Translations under genes and position numbers: made by a program
Source: a virus
Lineage: Duplodnaviria; Caudoviricetes
Reading direction: 5' to 3' (one strand)
DNA: 54,853 nt
Virus record (IMG/VR): IMGVR_UViG_3300027278_000016
Location: 1-54,853 of that record
In this document: positions 38,801-47,896 of the stretch, piece after piece
Position numbering within the stretch: position 1 is the stretch's first letter
Layout of the letters: every line of letters begins with the position of its first letter
The notes under the pieces: model-generated
What the model saw: the letters and a program-made list of their open reading frames with translations, nothing else
Database searches by the model: none
What the model was told of the DNA's origin: nothing

Positions 38801-39258
38801 CCATTATTGTTGAAAAGAAACTAAATCGTGGAGATAAGTTTACCTACAATGATAAGGTATACAACGTATCAGACGGATGGAATTCAAACGTCGGGCCTAG
38901 AGCAGTTTTAGGAAAAGCATTGGGAGGTCCAGTAGTTGCTGGACAAACATACCGAATAAATGATAGAATTAATGCATTGGGTGCACAGCAAGAAGGCTTT
39001 ATGCCATTTACACCAAAGGTAAGCGGAGTTGTTTATCCAAATGCGGATACAATGCCTAAATACAATATTGCAAGCGGTGATGTAACAGGAATGCGTGGCG
39101 GAGTTAATAGCTCTTATAATAATAATTCATACGCAATTAACATTGCGCTTAATGGAACTAACGTAACTGCAGATGATGTAATGAGAAGATTTAAAACAGA
39201 GATGGCCTTAGTTCATGCAAAAGAAGGAAGATCCAGATCAGTGGGGGGACAAGTTTAA
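32863..39258 (+). CDS. Tape measure protein
   Basis: 2131 aa, Ala-rich and helical; TP901-like core region (GRQLTVGLTVPL, ASEGANALKS, IEQLFGK); follows the chaperones. Confidence 0.93.
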   Translation: MADENIVTNIVANADFSGLIADVNKVTASLSKLQAQLIASDAKLANQVAVMNRSFSENLRRTGQFSTHFVTLTSDTEKFGKSLDGGKLKLKDYFRTFQEHTKTSGGIVRDLAKQQVALQNAIIQPLGKNAQGLMQFNVQVPQGLDNIKNKTAIARQELQILNKVVQDGGVQLINWGKNTQWAGRQLTVGLTVPLAAFGKAAADAFRMADAELTRLTKVYGGVAATSSAELSKIRAEVSATAAEISKGYGISFKDTIALAADIAATGKTGNELLSSVKETSRLAVLGEVDRQDAMKATLAIQTTFKQNTEQLSESINFLNSVENQTSTSLADLVEAIPKAGPVMMGLGGNVKDLALYLTAMKEGGINASEGANALKSALASLINPTKVATEKFKGMGIDLGGIVTQNAGNLTGTITALQEALDSLDPLQKQQAIEQLFGKFQFARMNALFSNLGKQGSQTLQVMDLMKASSQDLANVASRELSMVTESASGKYNRAIQGLKADLAGIGEEFLKVQTFFINVVDGIINFTTNLPGPIKQILTFAGGLTAVIGPVIMLTGVLANFFGYVIKGVSHFKALFKGGEGWKMLTPEILAAQKAGSLVEKTFYSDAQAATVLKTAIEGLVAEFTVLQSKAQSGAISVAPALNNFVNGVAGRVVNPNHPMLSPTDTRSMSHMNPVGGMTADQKTGQSIFGVVPGAPRVNQTIGNNPQIYANSDLPDVPGLTRIGKASTGVVATEAAKWHSMTGALAMQSEAEIKALKMEVGRTGLITHELSASYQALLPEMTRLTQQAAAESAAIVAELQASKITIDQARAKIISLNAQIEASMGIAATNIAGQQGRSIALNSVPLLNQPVVDRSGKSNMKELARPGRTRGLLNKIAGGLGVKTFGAPYSIETTMPKKFSEGTVGYRGGYASPMAKLAAAAMLAKFAQRSKLIGGLKTTKRRSARAGAQEGAGISYGTLSKRKSKVYDDPEMQAYGITPTKKGVGQDDEYIVHGYGPGIEKATRGLDRQGSSPVLRKDQYDEYGIQMSASTRKHDALQVVPTTFIKNRKGFNEGLRDGTATAADFRQVTGSDMMSLLLFLKDQKVKPAVAKQIAERAAIVLNEQVRNHRGPMNEASFGKMLNRASVRAIDSSYKPSMVRVTNSLGSDAFARNQGLVQRPFKDGVIKLDGYGGGDSVPALLEPGESVVTKSGTRKNEGALHLMNAGYSVDDMMGFEQGVVGFRAGMKSQTQKGYLGKGMMSRPEGGGMGMGAQMGIMMGGSMLGQQVGGTAGTGIMAAANILPWLPFQKILPLLKAANSGAGAFKTALTLAGKAAGLLTRLMPGAAVIGTLYLLYKGYQKWQKGIEDTRREHIMLNGITEKGAKEAGISYKNIGNSIKDVREQLKLQKEAGMSAYESMTPSGVGGLTLTIAQLKELKKTAKETMPELLGTFNSIDSSSVNDLAANLKAQFVAAGMSAQDATNKIYAIIEASNKAGQGLGAITSSGFTAITDKGSAATAIVKTLLESLKEIDTVDSKAFASNIDTVISSLDSATAALVGTKDAQGKTINASQAMTMQYEKLVKLGATTTQLGEKALENLKKERPELAAILKSTDTVAGMYAKWRVLLAGVNIDLKSITSEQAMGIAAYEQALALAADSSKANTNTTGSLATANAATNKLTTDIKKGEAAVKKYSNTEAGLSKARIKAIQDEIKAIRDRADEKKKALRANVESENTELELQKLKLEAQSALARGDRDAYESANIAIAQLTKETQLKKAEDKIDANAKKEEAIQQAILDKDQAEKDRIAALINATGNSAQSKTEQLAQINGIKDLLAQLAIDKIENNALKDPTKKADGEKVLAGKFQTILETLEKSSNAVQKAFPEYVNSKTNKAIPTSTKIYGLPGGPGTSMSTGAGGAFDKLVSEIAVGAKANFEKLGKDITGGANLKMVVEAMGGKIDKSLKLKTEDVTALIKANQSAYSGDLKNMLKEDGSLKESVRNSIIVEKKLNRGDKFTYNDKVYNVSDGWNSNVGPRAVLGKALGGPVVAGQTYRINDRINALGAQQEGFMPFTPKVSGVVYPNADTMPKYNIASGDVTGMRGGVNSSYNNNSYAINIALNGTNVTADDVMRRFKTEMALVHAKEGRSRSVGGQV

Positions 39259-39728
39259 TGGCACTAACATTACCAAGAGGATCAATTTTTAGCATTGAAG
39301 CTAAGGATCTTTTAGCAACCCCCGCAGGAACTGTTGATAAATGGAACAAGGTTACAGAGCATAATAGAAGCGCTTTTGATATTAATGTTGAAAGAATTGA
39401 AAAAGTAATTAGAACTTCAAATGGCACCTTAAGAAAGAATTTTATTAAAGACAAGCGTAAGTTTTCAACATCATGGGAAATGCTTCCATCGTATAGAACT
39501 CTAACCGTGGACGGTGCATGGGGAGCAGAAGACTTAAGATCATTCTACCTAGGAGAACAGGGACAAGGTAGTTTTAAAATTAGATTAAACATAGCAAAAA
39601 ATGGAGTCTCTCAAGAGTCTGCTGGATACGAAGAGTATGCAGTTGTTATTACAGACTGCAGCTTTGCAATTGCCAAAAGAGGCTTACAGCCTCATTGGAA
39701 CGTATCCCTGAGCATGGATGAAGTCTAA
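39258..39728 (+). CDS. Putative distal tail protein
   Basis: Directly after the TMP; RTSNGTLRK..I.DKRKF..SW.MLP motif. Confidence 0.6.
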   Translation: MALTLPRGSIFSIEAKDLLATPAGTVDKWNKVTEHNRSAFDINVERIEKVIRTSNGTLRKNFIKDKRKFSTSWEMLPSYRTLTVDGAWGAEDLRSFYLGEQGQGSFKIRLNIAKNGVSQESAGYEEYAVVITDCSFAIAKRGLQPHWNVSLSMDEV

Positions 39729-41602
39729 TGCCAGTATATGCAAGCCCCGCAGCAAAAACAAAGCTTGAGCAAAGCACAAACTTAAACTTAAATGTAGGAT
39801 GTACCATTGAGTACAACATGAATAGACTTGTAGATAACATTGTTGTCACTGGCGCAGATATTGTTAAGCCAGATGGAAGCAAGCCTTTTAAAAAGCTATT
39901 TCCCGTAGATTCAATCATCAAGGCTAACCGACCAATTGGGGCGGGAGTTAAATATGGAATCACAGGAGATGTTGGGTCGGGAACATATAGAGACCCAAGA
40001 TCTAGTACATATCCATTATACTATAGAACATACTACCCAGGCGCAGATACATATTACAAATACTGGCTAAGCGCACTGGGCACAGGAACAGATTTAACTA
40101 TTACTTATGCAGGTAAGACAGTTCTAACCAATAAAGTTGTTGCACGATTTGAAATATCTCATTCAACCCCAGGAACCTGGAACATATTTTTAAATGGATC
40201 TTCTGTTGCAAGCGGAACAAGTGCACAAATAAAAGCATTTGGTGCTAGCACATATGATGCTGGAACTTTAACTATTTATTATAATGGAACAGCATGGGTA
40301 ACCACAGAGCCAGCAGTGCTAGGTGTCCCAGTAAGCATAACCTCATTAAAGTTGACTACAGGAGGAGTTTCAGGAAAATACATTGGTGTTATTGAGCTTT
40401 GTGCAAAATGGGTAGTTGATATATCAGATGCTATTACAGATATGTCTATCTCAAAAGAATCTTCTACCAGTTCAGAAGACATTCTTCCAATCGGAAAGGT
40501 TTCAGCAAACTCCTTATCTTTGGGTCTTGTATCATATGAGACTACACGCAAAATAATTTCCTTTGATAAAACATTTACACTTGATGCCTCTAAGGTTTAT
40601 CTATATAAGCAGGTTGAGGTAAACCCATACTATAAACTATACAATGCCGATCAGACTTATGAAAAGATTAATCAAGGCGTATTCTATTTAGATAACTGGT
40701 CGTCTTCAGAGTACGGAGACATATCTTTAACTGCTCTTGATGGAGCAAAGATTTTGCAAGAAGTAATTGCCCCAAGTATTATTTGCGAAGGGTATTCAAC
40801 TACTGCAATATTAAGAAGACTACTTGATACAGTAGGATTTGTAAACTATAAATTTAATATGTCTGCAACAGACACTTCAATATTTACACCAAAGTTTTGG
40901 TGGACAGATGATAGCAAGCCAGTATGGAGTGCAATACAAGAGCTTTGCAGAGATTCTCAAATGACAGCTATATTTGATGAGAACAACGTGCTTCAATTTT
41001 ACACAAGAGATTATATGTTTTCTTCAGCAAAAGACGTAGACTGGGCATTTAGATATAACGCAAATGGATCTAATCTGCCAAACATAATTTCTTTTTCTAA
41101 GAATGAACTAGCAAGTGCAAATCAAGTTAAGGTGCTATGGAATAGCGTAACTACTTCAGAGTTTACTGGCAATTCCCAGCCACTATGGAAATCTGGCAAT
41201 ACTTCAATGGGTGCTCTTTCACTTGATCAGGACCTGCCAGTATCTGTAGGAGAAGGCGGATACCTAAATCTTTCTCCAATCACAGTCAACAGCTATGAAA
41301 GCAAAAGAGTTCTATACGAGTATAACGGATACCTTGTAATTGATTCAGAAATTATTGAGTATGATGCAATTCAATATGAGTATACTTCGGGAGTAAATAA
41401 GACACAGGTTTGGATAACAACAGAGTCAGATGTATTAAAATATCTAGGGCTTTCAAATGTTGGTTCTGCAAACTACCAACCAACAGGGAAATATAGGATT
41501 AAAACAAGAGGTGCATTTAATACAACACCTGCAGATCATTTTGCTGCGGCATCAACTATACTAAATTCATGGAGCGGATATGAAGTTAGGTGGTCAATGT
41601 AA
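39728..41602 (+). CDS. Minor tail/tail-tip hub protein
   Basis: Position; GVFYLDNW, L.ALDGAK.L, WSAIQELCRD.Q...FDEN..LQF motifs. Confidence 0.65.
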   Translation: MPVYASPAAKTKLEQSTNLNLNVGCTIEYNMNRLVDNIVVTGADIVKPDGSKPFKKLFPVDSIIKANRPIGAGVKYGITGDVGSGTYRDPRSSTYPLYYRTYYPGADTYYKYWLSALGTGTDLTITYAGKTVLTNKVVARFEISHSTPGTWNIFLNGSSVASGTSAQIKAFGASTYDAGTLTIYYNGTAWVTTEPAVLGVPVSITSLKLTTGGVSGKYIGVIELCAKWVVDISDAITDMSISKESSTSSEDILPIGKVSANSLSLGLVSYETTRKIISFDKTFTLDASKVYLYKQVEVNPYYKLYNADQTYEKINQGVFYLDNWSSSEYGDISLTALDGAKILQEVIAPSIICEGYSTTAILRRLLDTVGFVNYKFNMSATDTSIFTPKFWWTDDSKPVWSAIQELCRDSQMTAIFDENNVLQFYTRDYMFSSAKDVDWAFRYNANGSNLPNIISFSKNELASANQVKVLWNSVTTSEFTGNSQPLWKSGNTSMGALSLDQDLPVSVGEGGYLNLSPITVNSYESKRVLYEYNGYLVIDSEIIEYDAIQYEYTSGVNKTQVWITTESDVLKYLGLSNVGSANYQPTGKYRIKTRGAFNTTPADHFAAASTILNSWSGYEVRWSM

Positions 41603-43401
41603 TGGTACAGTTATTTAATTTAGTAGACGGAGGTGGCGGAATTGGTACCGCTTCAGTACCAGCAGACTACACAATCCCATGGATAAGTATAGAGACCACA
41701 TCGTTGACATCAATAAAAATTATTATTAAACATCCAACTGCAACTCCAGGAAGCTTTGGTGGATCGGGGACAACTATGACTTTTACTGACCCAGATTTTG
41801 TTTTCCCAACATTAGCAGATACAGTTGCTGTATCTGCAGACAGAACCACTATAACAAAAAGCGGGTTAGTTCCAGGAACTAGATATAACATTAGAGTAAG
41901 AGCACATAGTGCAGCAGCACAGTCTGGGGTATATGGTCCGTATATTACAGATACATTTACTATGCCAGCATACAATCCAATTACGGGAGTTGTTTCTACT
42001 GCAACAAAAGTTTTAATACCCCCAGGATCAACTGGAACAGACGCTTCTGGAAACGGAGTTAAGGTAGACAATACAGCAAATGCAGACACTGGCTCAGATG
42101 AAACAGCAGTGCCAGTTCAATATGTTACTGGGTCTTCATCGGCGGTTAGTGGAAACAGACAAGTTGAAAAGTCTTTGTTTAGAGTTACAAACAATTCAAA
42201 AGACCCTGCTGCATTTTCAATAGCAGCAAAGAATTTTGAAATTTCAACATCCTATTCACACTACACTTTTGGCACTGGAATGTTTTTTCAAAGTAGCATT
42301 TCTGATGTTAATGCATCAGGCGGTATGGGATTTTTTACAGACTTGCTGGGAATGTCAGGGTACTATGTTCTTATGCAAACAACATCTAATATGGATAAAA
42401 CCGATGATCAAGAAGTAAAAATAATAAAAGTAGTCAATGGAAGAGTTAAAAAGCTTAATGATACTCAAAAGGGTATTTCAAAAACACTGACTGGAATTCT
42501 AGGCGCAACTTCATACAAAGTGGATATAAAGGTAAAATGTCAGACTGGAGTAAGAGTAATTGATGTTTATATTAATAACTTTAAAATAACAGCAACAGAT
42601 GTTACTTCTACTACAAGCACAGATCCACTAGACGTAGTTCTTCCCATAACACCAAATGTGTCTATGTGTGCCACCACGGGCTCGGCATATTATGATTATG
42701 TTTACGCAATGCCTCTTGAGGAATCTCAATATCTATCAGGGGTTTTGCAAAATGTATACAACGGGCAATTTAACAATACAATGTTAAGTTTCCTATATGG
42801 AGAAAAAGTTTTAAGCAATTTTAATAAAACAAGCCTTACAAACGGAAAGCTAGAAGAGTTTGGCACGGTTGCCAGAGAGCTTAGAAAAGTTAGCATTAAG
42901 TATGAATCAAGACCAGGTTATCCGCTCTACCCAAGCCTTGGGATAAACAAATTTATAAATGTGCTAGGATCTAGGCTCACATCTTTTGGGGCTGAAGTGT
43001 ATTTAATAAATAATGCAGGAACATGGGTGCCGCTAGACGATTCATCTATGCATTCATTTAGCGTTATCGGTAACTATGTAGTTACATCAGGTCAGCATGA
43101 GTATACAGACAAAACTATAAATGAGTACTCAAATCCAGAACCAGTAATCTTCCAGTCCTCTTGGATACAAAAAGAAGATGATGCTAAGGCCGTGTCTAAT
43201 TGGATTAAAGATTTGTGGTCAAAACAACAGTCTGTTATAAACATGCAAGTGTTTGGAAACCCCCTAGTATCAGTTGGAGATATAATAACAATTAATTATC
43301 CTTCAAACAGCTTAGACGGGACACAAAAATTTGTTGTTATGAATGTAAGTAATTCATTTAATGAGGGATTGGAGACATCAATTACAGCTAGGACATTGTA
43401 G
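41602..43401 (+). CDS. Minor tail protein with an FN3-like insert
   Basis: TAATG-coupled start; GLVPGTRYNIRVRA (FN3); C-terminal GNPLVSVGDIITI OB-like end. Confidence 0.65.
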   Translation: MVQLFNLVDGGGGIGTASVPADYTIPWISIETTSLTSIKIIIKHPTATPGSFGGSGTTMTFTDPDFVFPTLADTVAVSADRTTITKSGLVPGTRYNIRVRAHSAAAQSGVYGPYITDTFTMPAYNPITGVVSTATKVLIPPGSTGTDASGNGVKVDNTANADTGSDETAVPVQYVTGSSSAVSGNRQVEKSLFRVTNNSKDPAAFSIAAKNFEISTSYSHYTFGTGMFFQSSISDVNASGGMGFFTDLLGMSGYYVLMQTTSNMDKTDDQEVKIIKVVNGRVKKLNDTQKGISKTLTGILGATSYKVDIKVKCQTGVRVIDVYINNFKITATDVTSTTSTDPLDVVLPITPNVSMCATTGSAYYDYVYAMPLEESQYLSGVLQNVYNGQFNNTMLSFLYGEKVLSNFNKTSLTNGKLEEFGTVARELRKVSIKYESRPGYPLYPSLGINKFINVLGSRLTSFGAEVYLINNAGTWVPLDDSSMHSFSVIGNYVVTSGQHEYTDKTINEYSNPEPVIFQSSWIQKEDDAKAVSNWIKDLWSKQQSVINMQVFGNPLVSVGDIITINYPSNSLDGTQKFVVMNVSNSFNEGLETSITARTL

Positions 43402-43409
43402 TCTGTAAA

Positions 43410-43424
43410 TGGTATAATAAAAAT
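43410..43424 (+). promoter_or_regulatory. Extended -10 TGGTATAAT 6 nt upstream of an SD-less ATG (leaderless)
   Basis: TATAAT 43413-43418; ATG 43425. Confidence 0.6.
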
Positions 43425-43823
43425 ATGGCAAAAGATAGAGTATCTACAACCAGCGTTACGGCAGACGCACCTATTGCCTTGTACTCAAACTCTCCAGAAA
43501 ATAATGACCTAGGCCCTAACTATAAAAAAGTAATACCTGGAAACACAGTTGGAGCAATGTACCTGTCTTCAGGAGATATTGGGTATAGCGAAATAGATGG
43601 CACCATAGTCGTTGTAGAAGAAGCAGCAGCCGCAGCGGCGGCGGCAGCTGAAGCAAAACCTTCAGAGGTTGCAGCAGCACCATCCCTTTCAGATATACAG
43701 GTCTTATCAAAGGATGTTGTATATGATGCGGCAGGCAATCCATCTGTTCAAGTTATATTTAAAATTAAAAATTCAAGTGGTAAAAAACTAAAAGGTATAA
43801 ACGCAAGAGTGGAGCTATTATGA
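43425..43823 (+). CDS. Hypothetical tail-associated protein with a poly-Ala tract
   Basis: 132-aa ORF, ATGA-coupled to the next gene. Confidence 0.7.
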   Translation: MAKDRVSTTSVTADAPIALYSNSPENNDLGPNYKKVIPGNTVGAMYLSSGDIGYSEIDGTIVVVEEAAAAAAAAAEAKPSEVAAAPSLSDIQVLSKDVVYDAAGNPSVQVIFKIKNSSGKKLKGINARVELL

Positions 43824-44905
43824 TAACAAAGTTTGGCAAAAGATTTTTAACAAGTCATCTAGCAGGCTTAGTTGATTTTACAACCAAAGATCTAGCTCTT
43901 GGGATAGGAAGCAATGCTGTAAATCAGTTAGGCAATGACACAAGACTACAGTTTGAATTTTATAGATTGCCCGCAACATTAAGCAGCATAGACATTAGAT
44001 CTGCAGACATAACAGGATTGTCAGCTTCTGGATCAGCAGTAACATATACTGCACAAAATAATTTTAGTCCAGGTCAGACAATTAAAATAACAGGAGTAGT
44101 GCCAACACAGTATAATGTTTCATCGGCATTGGTTACATCTGCATCAAATTCTCAATTTACAATTGCATCTTCTTCAACAGGAACATACACCTCGGGAGGA
44201 TATGCTTCTTCGTACTCAGCAATATTTTCTGCAACTATCCCACAAGATATCTCTGGAGTAATATCTGAGATCGGCTTGTACCCAGGTGCAAGAAAATCTA
44301 CTAACAGTTTTGATAGCCAATTTATAACATCGTTTGATAACAATTTAAATTGGACAGATGGATCATTTAACCCACAAATAACGTATAACTCAGGTTCATT
44401 TCAATCTAAAATTGGAGAGAACATGATTGGCATTACGGCAACTGCCAGTACATCAAAAGAGTATAATAATTCACAAACTTTTTACGACCTTTCTGGCTAT
44501 AGCGTAAATGACAGCATAGCAATTGCATACAAAAAGATGGACACAAACTTATCAAGAATTAGAGTAAAATTTTATAGCTCAGACTTATCTTACTGCTGGG
44601 TTGATTTTACTCCAGAGTCGGGGACTGGAGATAAGATAACATCATTGACTTTAAATAATTTATTTGCCAATACAACAGCAACACCGCCAGACATTGCATC
44701 TATTGTTAAGGTTGGCGTGGAAGCCACAGCGGGAGCTGGAGGAAGCACAACTGTATACCTTGACAGTATTAGAATTAATGACGAAGATACATTTGATCCT
44801 TACTATGGTTTAATTAGCAGGTCAGTTTTAACTGGAACAGACATCCTGACAAAAGTTTCTGGAAGACAAGTAGACATAGAATACAAGCTAGCGCTGGAGT
44901 TTTAA
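43820..44905 (+). CDS. Minor tail protein (fibre-attachment-like)
   Basis: MITKFGKRFL...LALGIG...LQFEFYR...ISEIGLY pattern. Confidence 0.6.
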   Translation: MITKFGKRFLTSHLAGLVDFTTKDLALGIGSNAVNQLGNDTRLQFEFYRLPATLSSIDIRSADITGLSASGSAVTYTAQNNFSPGQTIKITGVVPTQYNVSSALVTSASNSQFTIASSSTGTYTSGGYASSYSAIFSATIPQDISGVISEIGLYPGARKSTNSFDSQFITSFDNNLNWTDGSFNPQITYNSGSFQSKIGENMIGITATASTSKEYNNSQTFYDLSGYSVNDSIAIAYKKMDTNLSRIRVKFYSSDLSYCWVDFTPESGTGDKITSLTLNNLFANTTATPPDIASIVKVGVEATAGAGGSTTVYLDSIRINDEDTFDPYYGLISRSVLTGTDILTKVSGRQVDIEYKLALEF

Positions 44906-47875
44906 ATGTCAGATGCATTAAAAGACCTAGCCATTGTTCCAGTAACTAGTAGTGATACTAATTACTTTCTTCGTAAAGTAACTGGATTAAAAATTGACAG
45001 AACATATTCATTTAAGTTTCAATGGGTTTTAGAAGATGACACACTTAGTGATTGGTCTCCAGGTTATCAGATAAGCACACCAACAGAAGACGTTCCCAGC
45101 GCCCCTTCAGTGGTTATACCTGCAACAGCAATAGGAAACATTCCAGTAACACTTTCTACTTTTCCAGCAAATACAAAACGGGTAGACATCTATATTATAG
45201 GCGGAGTATACGGCACTGGCAAAGTAGCAGATAGTTTCTTTAGCGCTGGAACAAAAAACATTTCAGTTGTAGCAGGGGTTTATCAAGTAAGTCTAATAGC
45301 AGTTACACCCTCTGGTATTAATGGAGATCCAACAAATACATTTACAATTACAATTACAAATCTTGTAACAGAAGACACTGTTGCTCCAAATGCAATATCA
45401 TCTGGGGTTGTAAGTGGCGGAGTTCACCCGCAAGACTCTAGTGGTCAGTTAGGCTACTTAAATGTAGCAGTAACAAACTCAACAATCCCTACAGATTTTG
45501 CAGGATATATAGTTAAGATTGTTGGAGGCACAAATACATGGACTCAAACATTTAATAGCACAACAGCTCTTTCCAACTTATATATAACTGGAGGGCTTTT
45601 TGTTGGTCAAGCATACACATTATCAGTTGCAACAACAGATGGAAAAAATGTATCTAGTTATATTAATTGTTCTCCAGCACCATTTACAATTACTGATACC
45701 AGATCTAATACAAGCACAGTTACTGGATCACTTTCTTTTTCAGCCACAGACTCTATACTTAATGTATCTTGGGCGGCGTCTGCAGACACTTATGTTGACT
45801 CTTATAGAGTACAAATAACACTTGGTGCCGATACAACATTTGCCAACGTGCTTCAAACAGTAGAAAGCAAAGGAACCACGGTATCCTTTGGAGGGCTAAC
45901 ATCAAGCACGGCTTATCGTGTAAGAGTAACTACAAGATATAGCGGATCAAATGCACTAAGTACACAGCACACTATTGGAACAGTAACGCTAAATGCATCA
46001 GGAGCAATAAGCGATGGAAATGTTCCAACTAAAAATCCAAACACTGGCGCAGAGCCACCAATTGTTGTTAAATCTTTATTTAAGGCATTTGCTTTAAACT
46101 GGTCAGATATTGATAATCCAGATCAGGTAACCTATGAAGTTTATGTTAAAACAGTAAACAGTACAAGCATTGTTGATCCAGCAAATTTAGTAATGGAAAT
46201 AAACGGAACATTTGCGGTAATTAATTCATTAAAAGATGGAACTGCAATAGCTTATCCAGCAGAGACAAGCCCCACAACTGCAACAGATTATTATTTTGCC
46301 GTAAGAGCAAAAGATGCAGATGGAGTTTCAAGTGCAGCAGTTACACCCATAGGCCCATTTACTGCATCTCGAACTGGGCAGTTCGATATTGCAAGCAATG
46401 CTATATATGCTAATCACATAACAGCTGGTGAAATCACCGCAGATAAAATGACAACAGATTTATTGTTTGTTAATAAAACAATAAGCGTTGGTGAATCTGG
46501 TTCATTAAATAGAATTAGACTGGCTTCAAGTATTCTTACACCCGTTATAATGACAGACCAACAACTTGCATCACCTTCAACATATTCTGTAAAATCAAGA
46601 ATATTTATAGGTGCGGGAAATTATTACAGCGTTGGCACACCATTCTATGCAGACAATACTGGAAGATTTTCGCTTGCAAACAAACTAAGATTTAATGGAA
46701 CTGATTTACTAATAAACGGTTCTGGTACATTTAGTGGAACAGTTACCGCTGGAACTGGACCGACAGTATCTATTGGAACTGAAGTAGAGAGTACAAATGA
46801 TGGAATTTACATCTCTGGTACTGGAGACTATATATATGCAGACGGAAGAGTAAGATTAGGTAATGGCGGAATAACCTATGCAAGTGGTGTATTGACAGTA
46901 AGAGGAAACATTGAGGCTACTAGCATAAACGCTACAACAAGCCTATCTGGATTAAGTATAACTGGAACAAGTGGAACTATTGGTGGAATTACATTAAACT
47001 CATCAGGTTTATCTGCAACTAACTTTAGCATATCTTCTACTGGACTAATAACCGCAAATGGTGGAACAATTGGCAGCTGGACAATTAATTCTACACAGTT
47101 AAGAAGTGATTACGTAGTTACATCTGGAACCCTTAATTCTGGAGTTGGCAACTACATGACCCTAAATCCAGGAACTCCAAGAATAACTTTAACTAAAGGT
47201 GCAACCTTAACAAACGGAACTCCCAGTGGAGGGAACTCAATAACAATTGATCCAATAGAAGGTATTGTTGGTCCTAACGTAACAATTGCTGGAAATACTG
47301 GTCCTGGATTTTCATTTAGCCCAAATGGCACTGCTGTTATAAGAGGAACAATTTATGCGAATAATGGTGTATTTACTGGAGAAGTAAATGCTGGCTCTGG
47401 TTCCATAACGGGAAACTTATCTGTAACAGGAAATATTAATTTAACATCAGGAGCACTATATACTCAAAATGTAGGTGCGCTATTTGGCGGTATTAGAATA
47501 AATGGAGGCAATGCCGCATATGAGTTTTTAGATGGAGACAACAACACATCTGGACAAATGTATTCATTTAATAGCGGAAGTGAAATTATTATTCAATCTG
47601 GAAGCACTAGAGAAGGCACCGTAGGCTATCCAGCAAGCACATGGTACCAAAGCATTGGTCCGTCTGGTATAACCCTTGGCTTAAGTAATGCAGCTGGAAG
47701 CCCAACAACTTATTTAAATATGCAAAGTGGAAGCGTTTATATAGCAGCTGGGTTAAGCCTTCTATACAATCAGCCAATTACAATTGCATCTGCCAGAAAT
47801 ATCAGTGCTGGAACAGCAGTAAAATCTACTAGCGATGCTAGCGGATACGTAGGCGACATATATATACAATATTAG
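44906..47875 (+). CDS. Tail fibre/spike protein with FN3-like domains and beta-repeat C-terminus
   Basis: VSWAAS...YRVQ...GLTSSTAYRVRV and YYFAVRAKD (FN3); HITAGEITADKM and G.IG.W.I repeats. Confidence 0.75.
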   Translation: MSDALKDLAIVPVTSSDTNYFLRKVTGLKIDRTYSFKFQWVLEDDTLSDWSPGYQISTPTEDVPSAPSVVIPATAIGNIPVTLSTFPANTKRVDIYIIGGVYGTGKVADSFFSAGTKNISVVAGVYQVSLIAVTPSGINGDPTNTFTITITNLVTEDTVAPNAISSGVVSGGVHPQDSSGQLGYLNVAVTNSTIPTDFAGYIVKIVGGTNTWTQTFNSTTALSNLYITGGLFVGQAYTLSVATTDGKNVSSYINCSPAPFTITDTRSNTSTVTGSLSFSATDSILNVSWAASADTYVDSYRVQITLGADTTFANVLQTVESKGTTVSFGGLTSSTAYRVRVTTRYSGSNALSTQHTIGTVTLNASGAISDGNVPTKNPNTGAEPPIVVKSLFKAFALNWSDIDNPDQVTYEVYVKTVNSTSIVDPANLVMEINGTFAVINSLKDGTAIAYPAETSPTTATDYYFAVRAKDADGVSSAAVTPIGPFTASRTGQFDIASNAIYANHITAGEITADKMTTDLLFVNKTISVGESGSLNRIRLASSILTPVIMTDQQLASPSTYSVKSRIFIGAGNYYSVGTPFYADNTGRFSLANKLRFNGTDLLINGSGTFSGTVTAGTGPTVSIGTEVESTNDGIYISGTGDYIYADGRVRLGNGGITYASGVLTVRGNIEATSINATTSLSGLSITGTSGTIGGITLNSSGLSATNFSISSTGLITANGGTIGSWTINSTQLRSDYVVTSGTLNSGVGNYMTLNPGTPRITLTKGATLTNGTPSGGNSITIDPIEGIVGPNVTIAGNTGPGFSFSPNGTAVIRGTIYANNGVFTGEVNAGSGSITGNLSVTGNINLTSGALYTQNVGALFGGIRINGGNAAYEFLDGDNNTSGQMYSFNSGSEIIIQSGSTREGTVGYPASTWYQSIGPSGITLGLSNAAGSPTTYLNMQSGSVYIAAGLSLLYNQPITIASARNISAGTAVKSTSDASGYVGDIYIQY

Positions 47876-47882
47876 TAGGAAA

Positions 47883-47896
47883 TGGTAAAATAAAAT
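47883..47896 (+). promoter_or_regulatory. Extended -10 TGGTAAAAT 5 nt upstream of ATG (probable leaderless)
   Basis: Same 9-mer as 23698; ATG 47897. Confidence 0.5.

Noticed and set aside
43622-43650. Poly-Ala (GCN)9 as a phase-variable repeat
   Set aside because: Codons are mixed (gca/gcc/gcg/gct) and in frame; probably just a linker.
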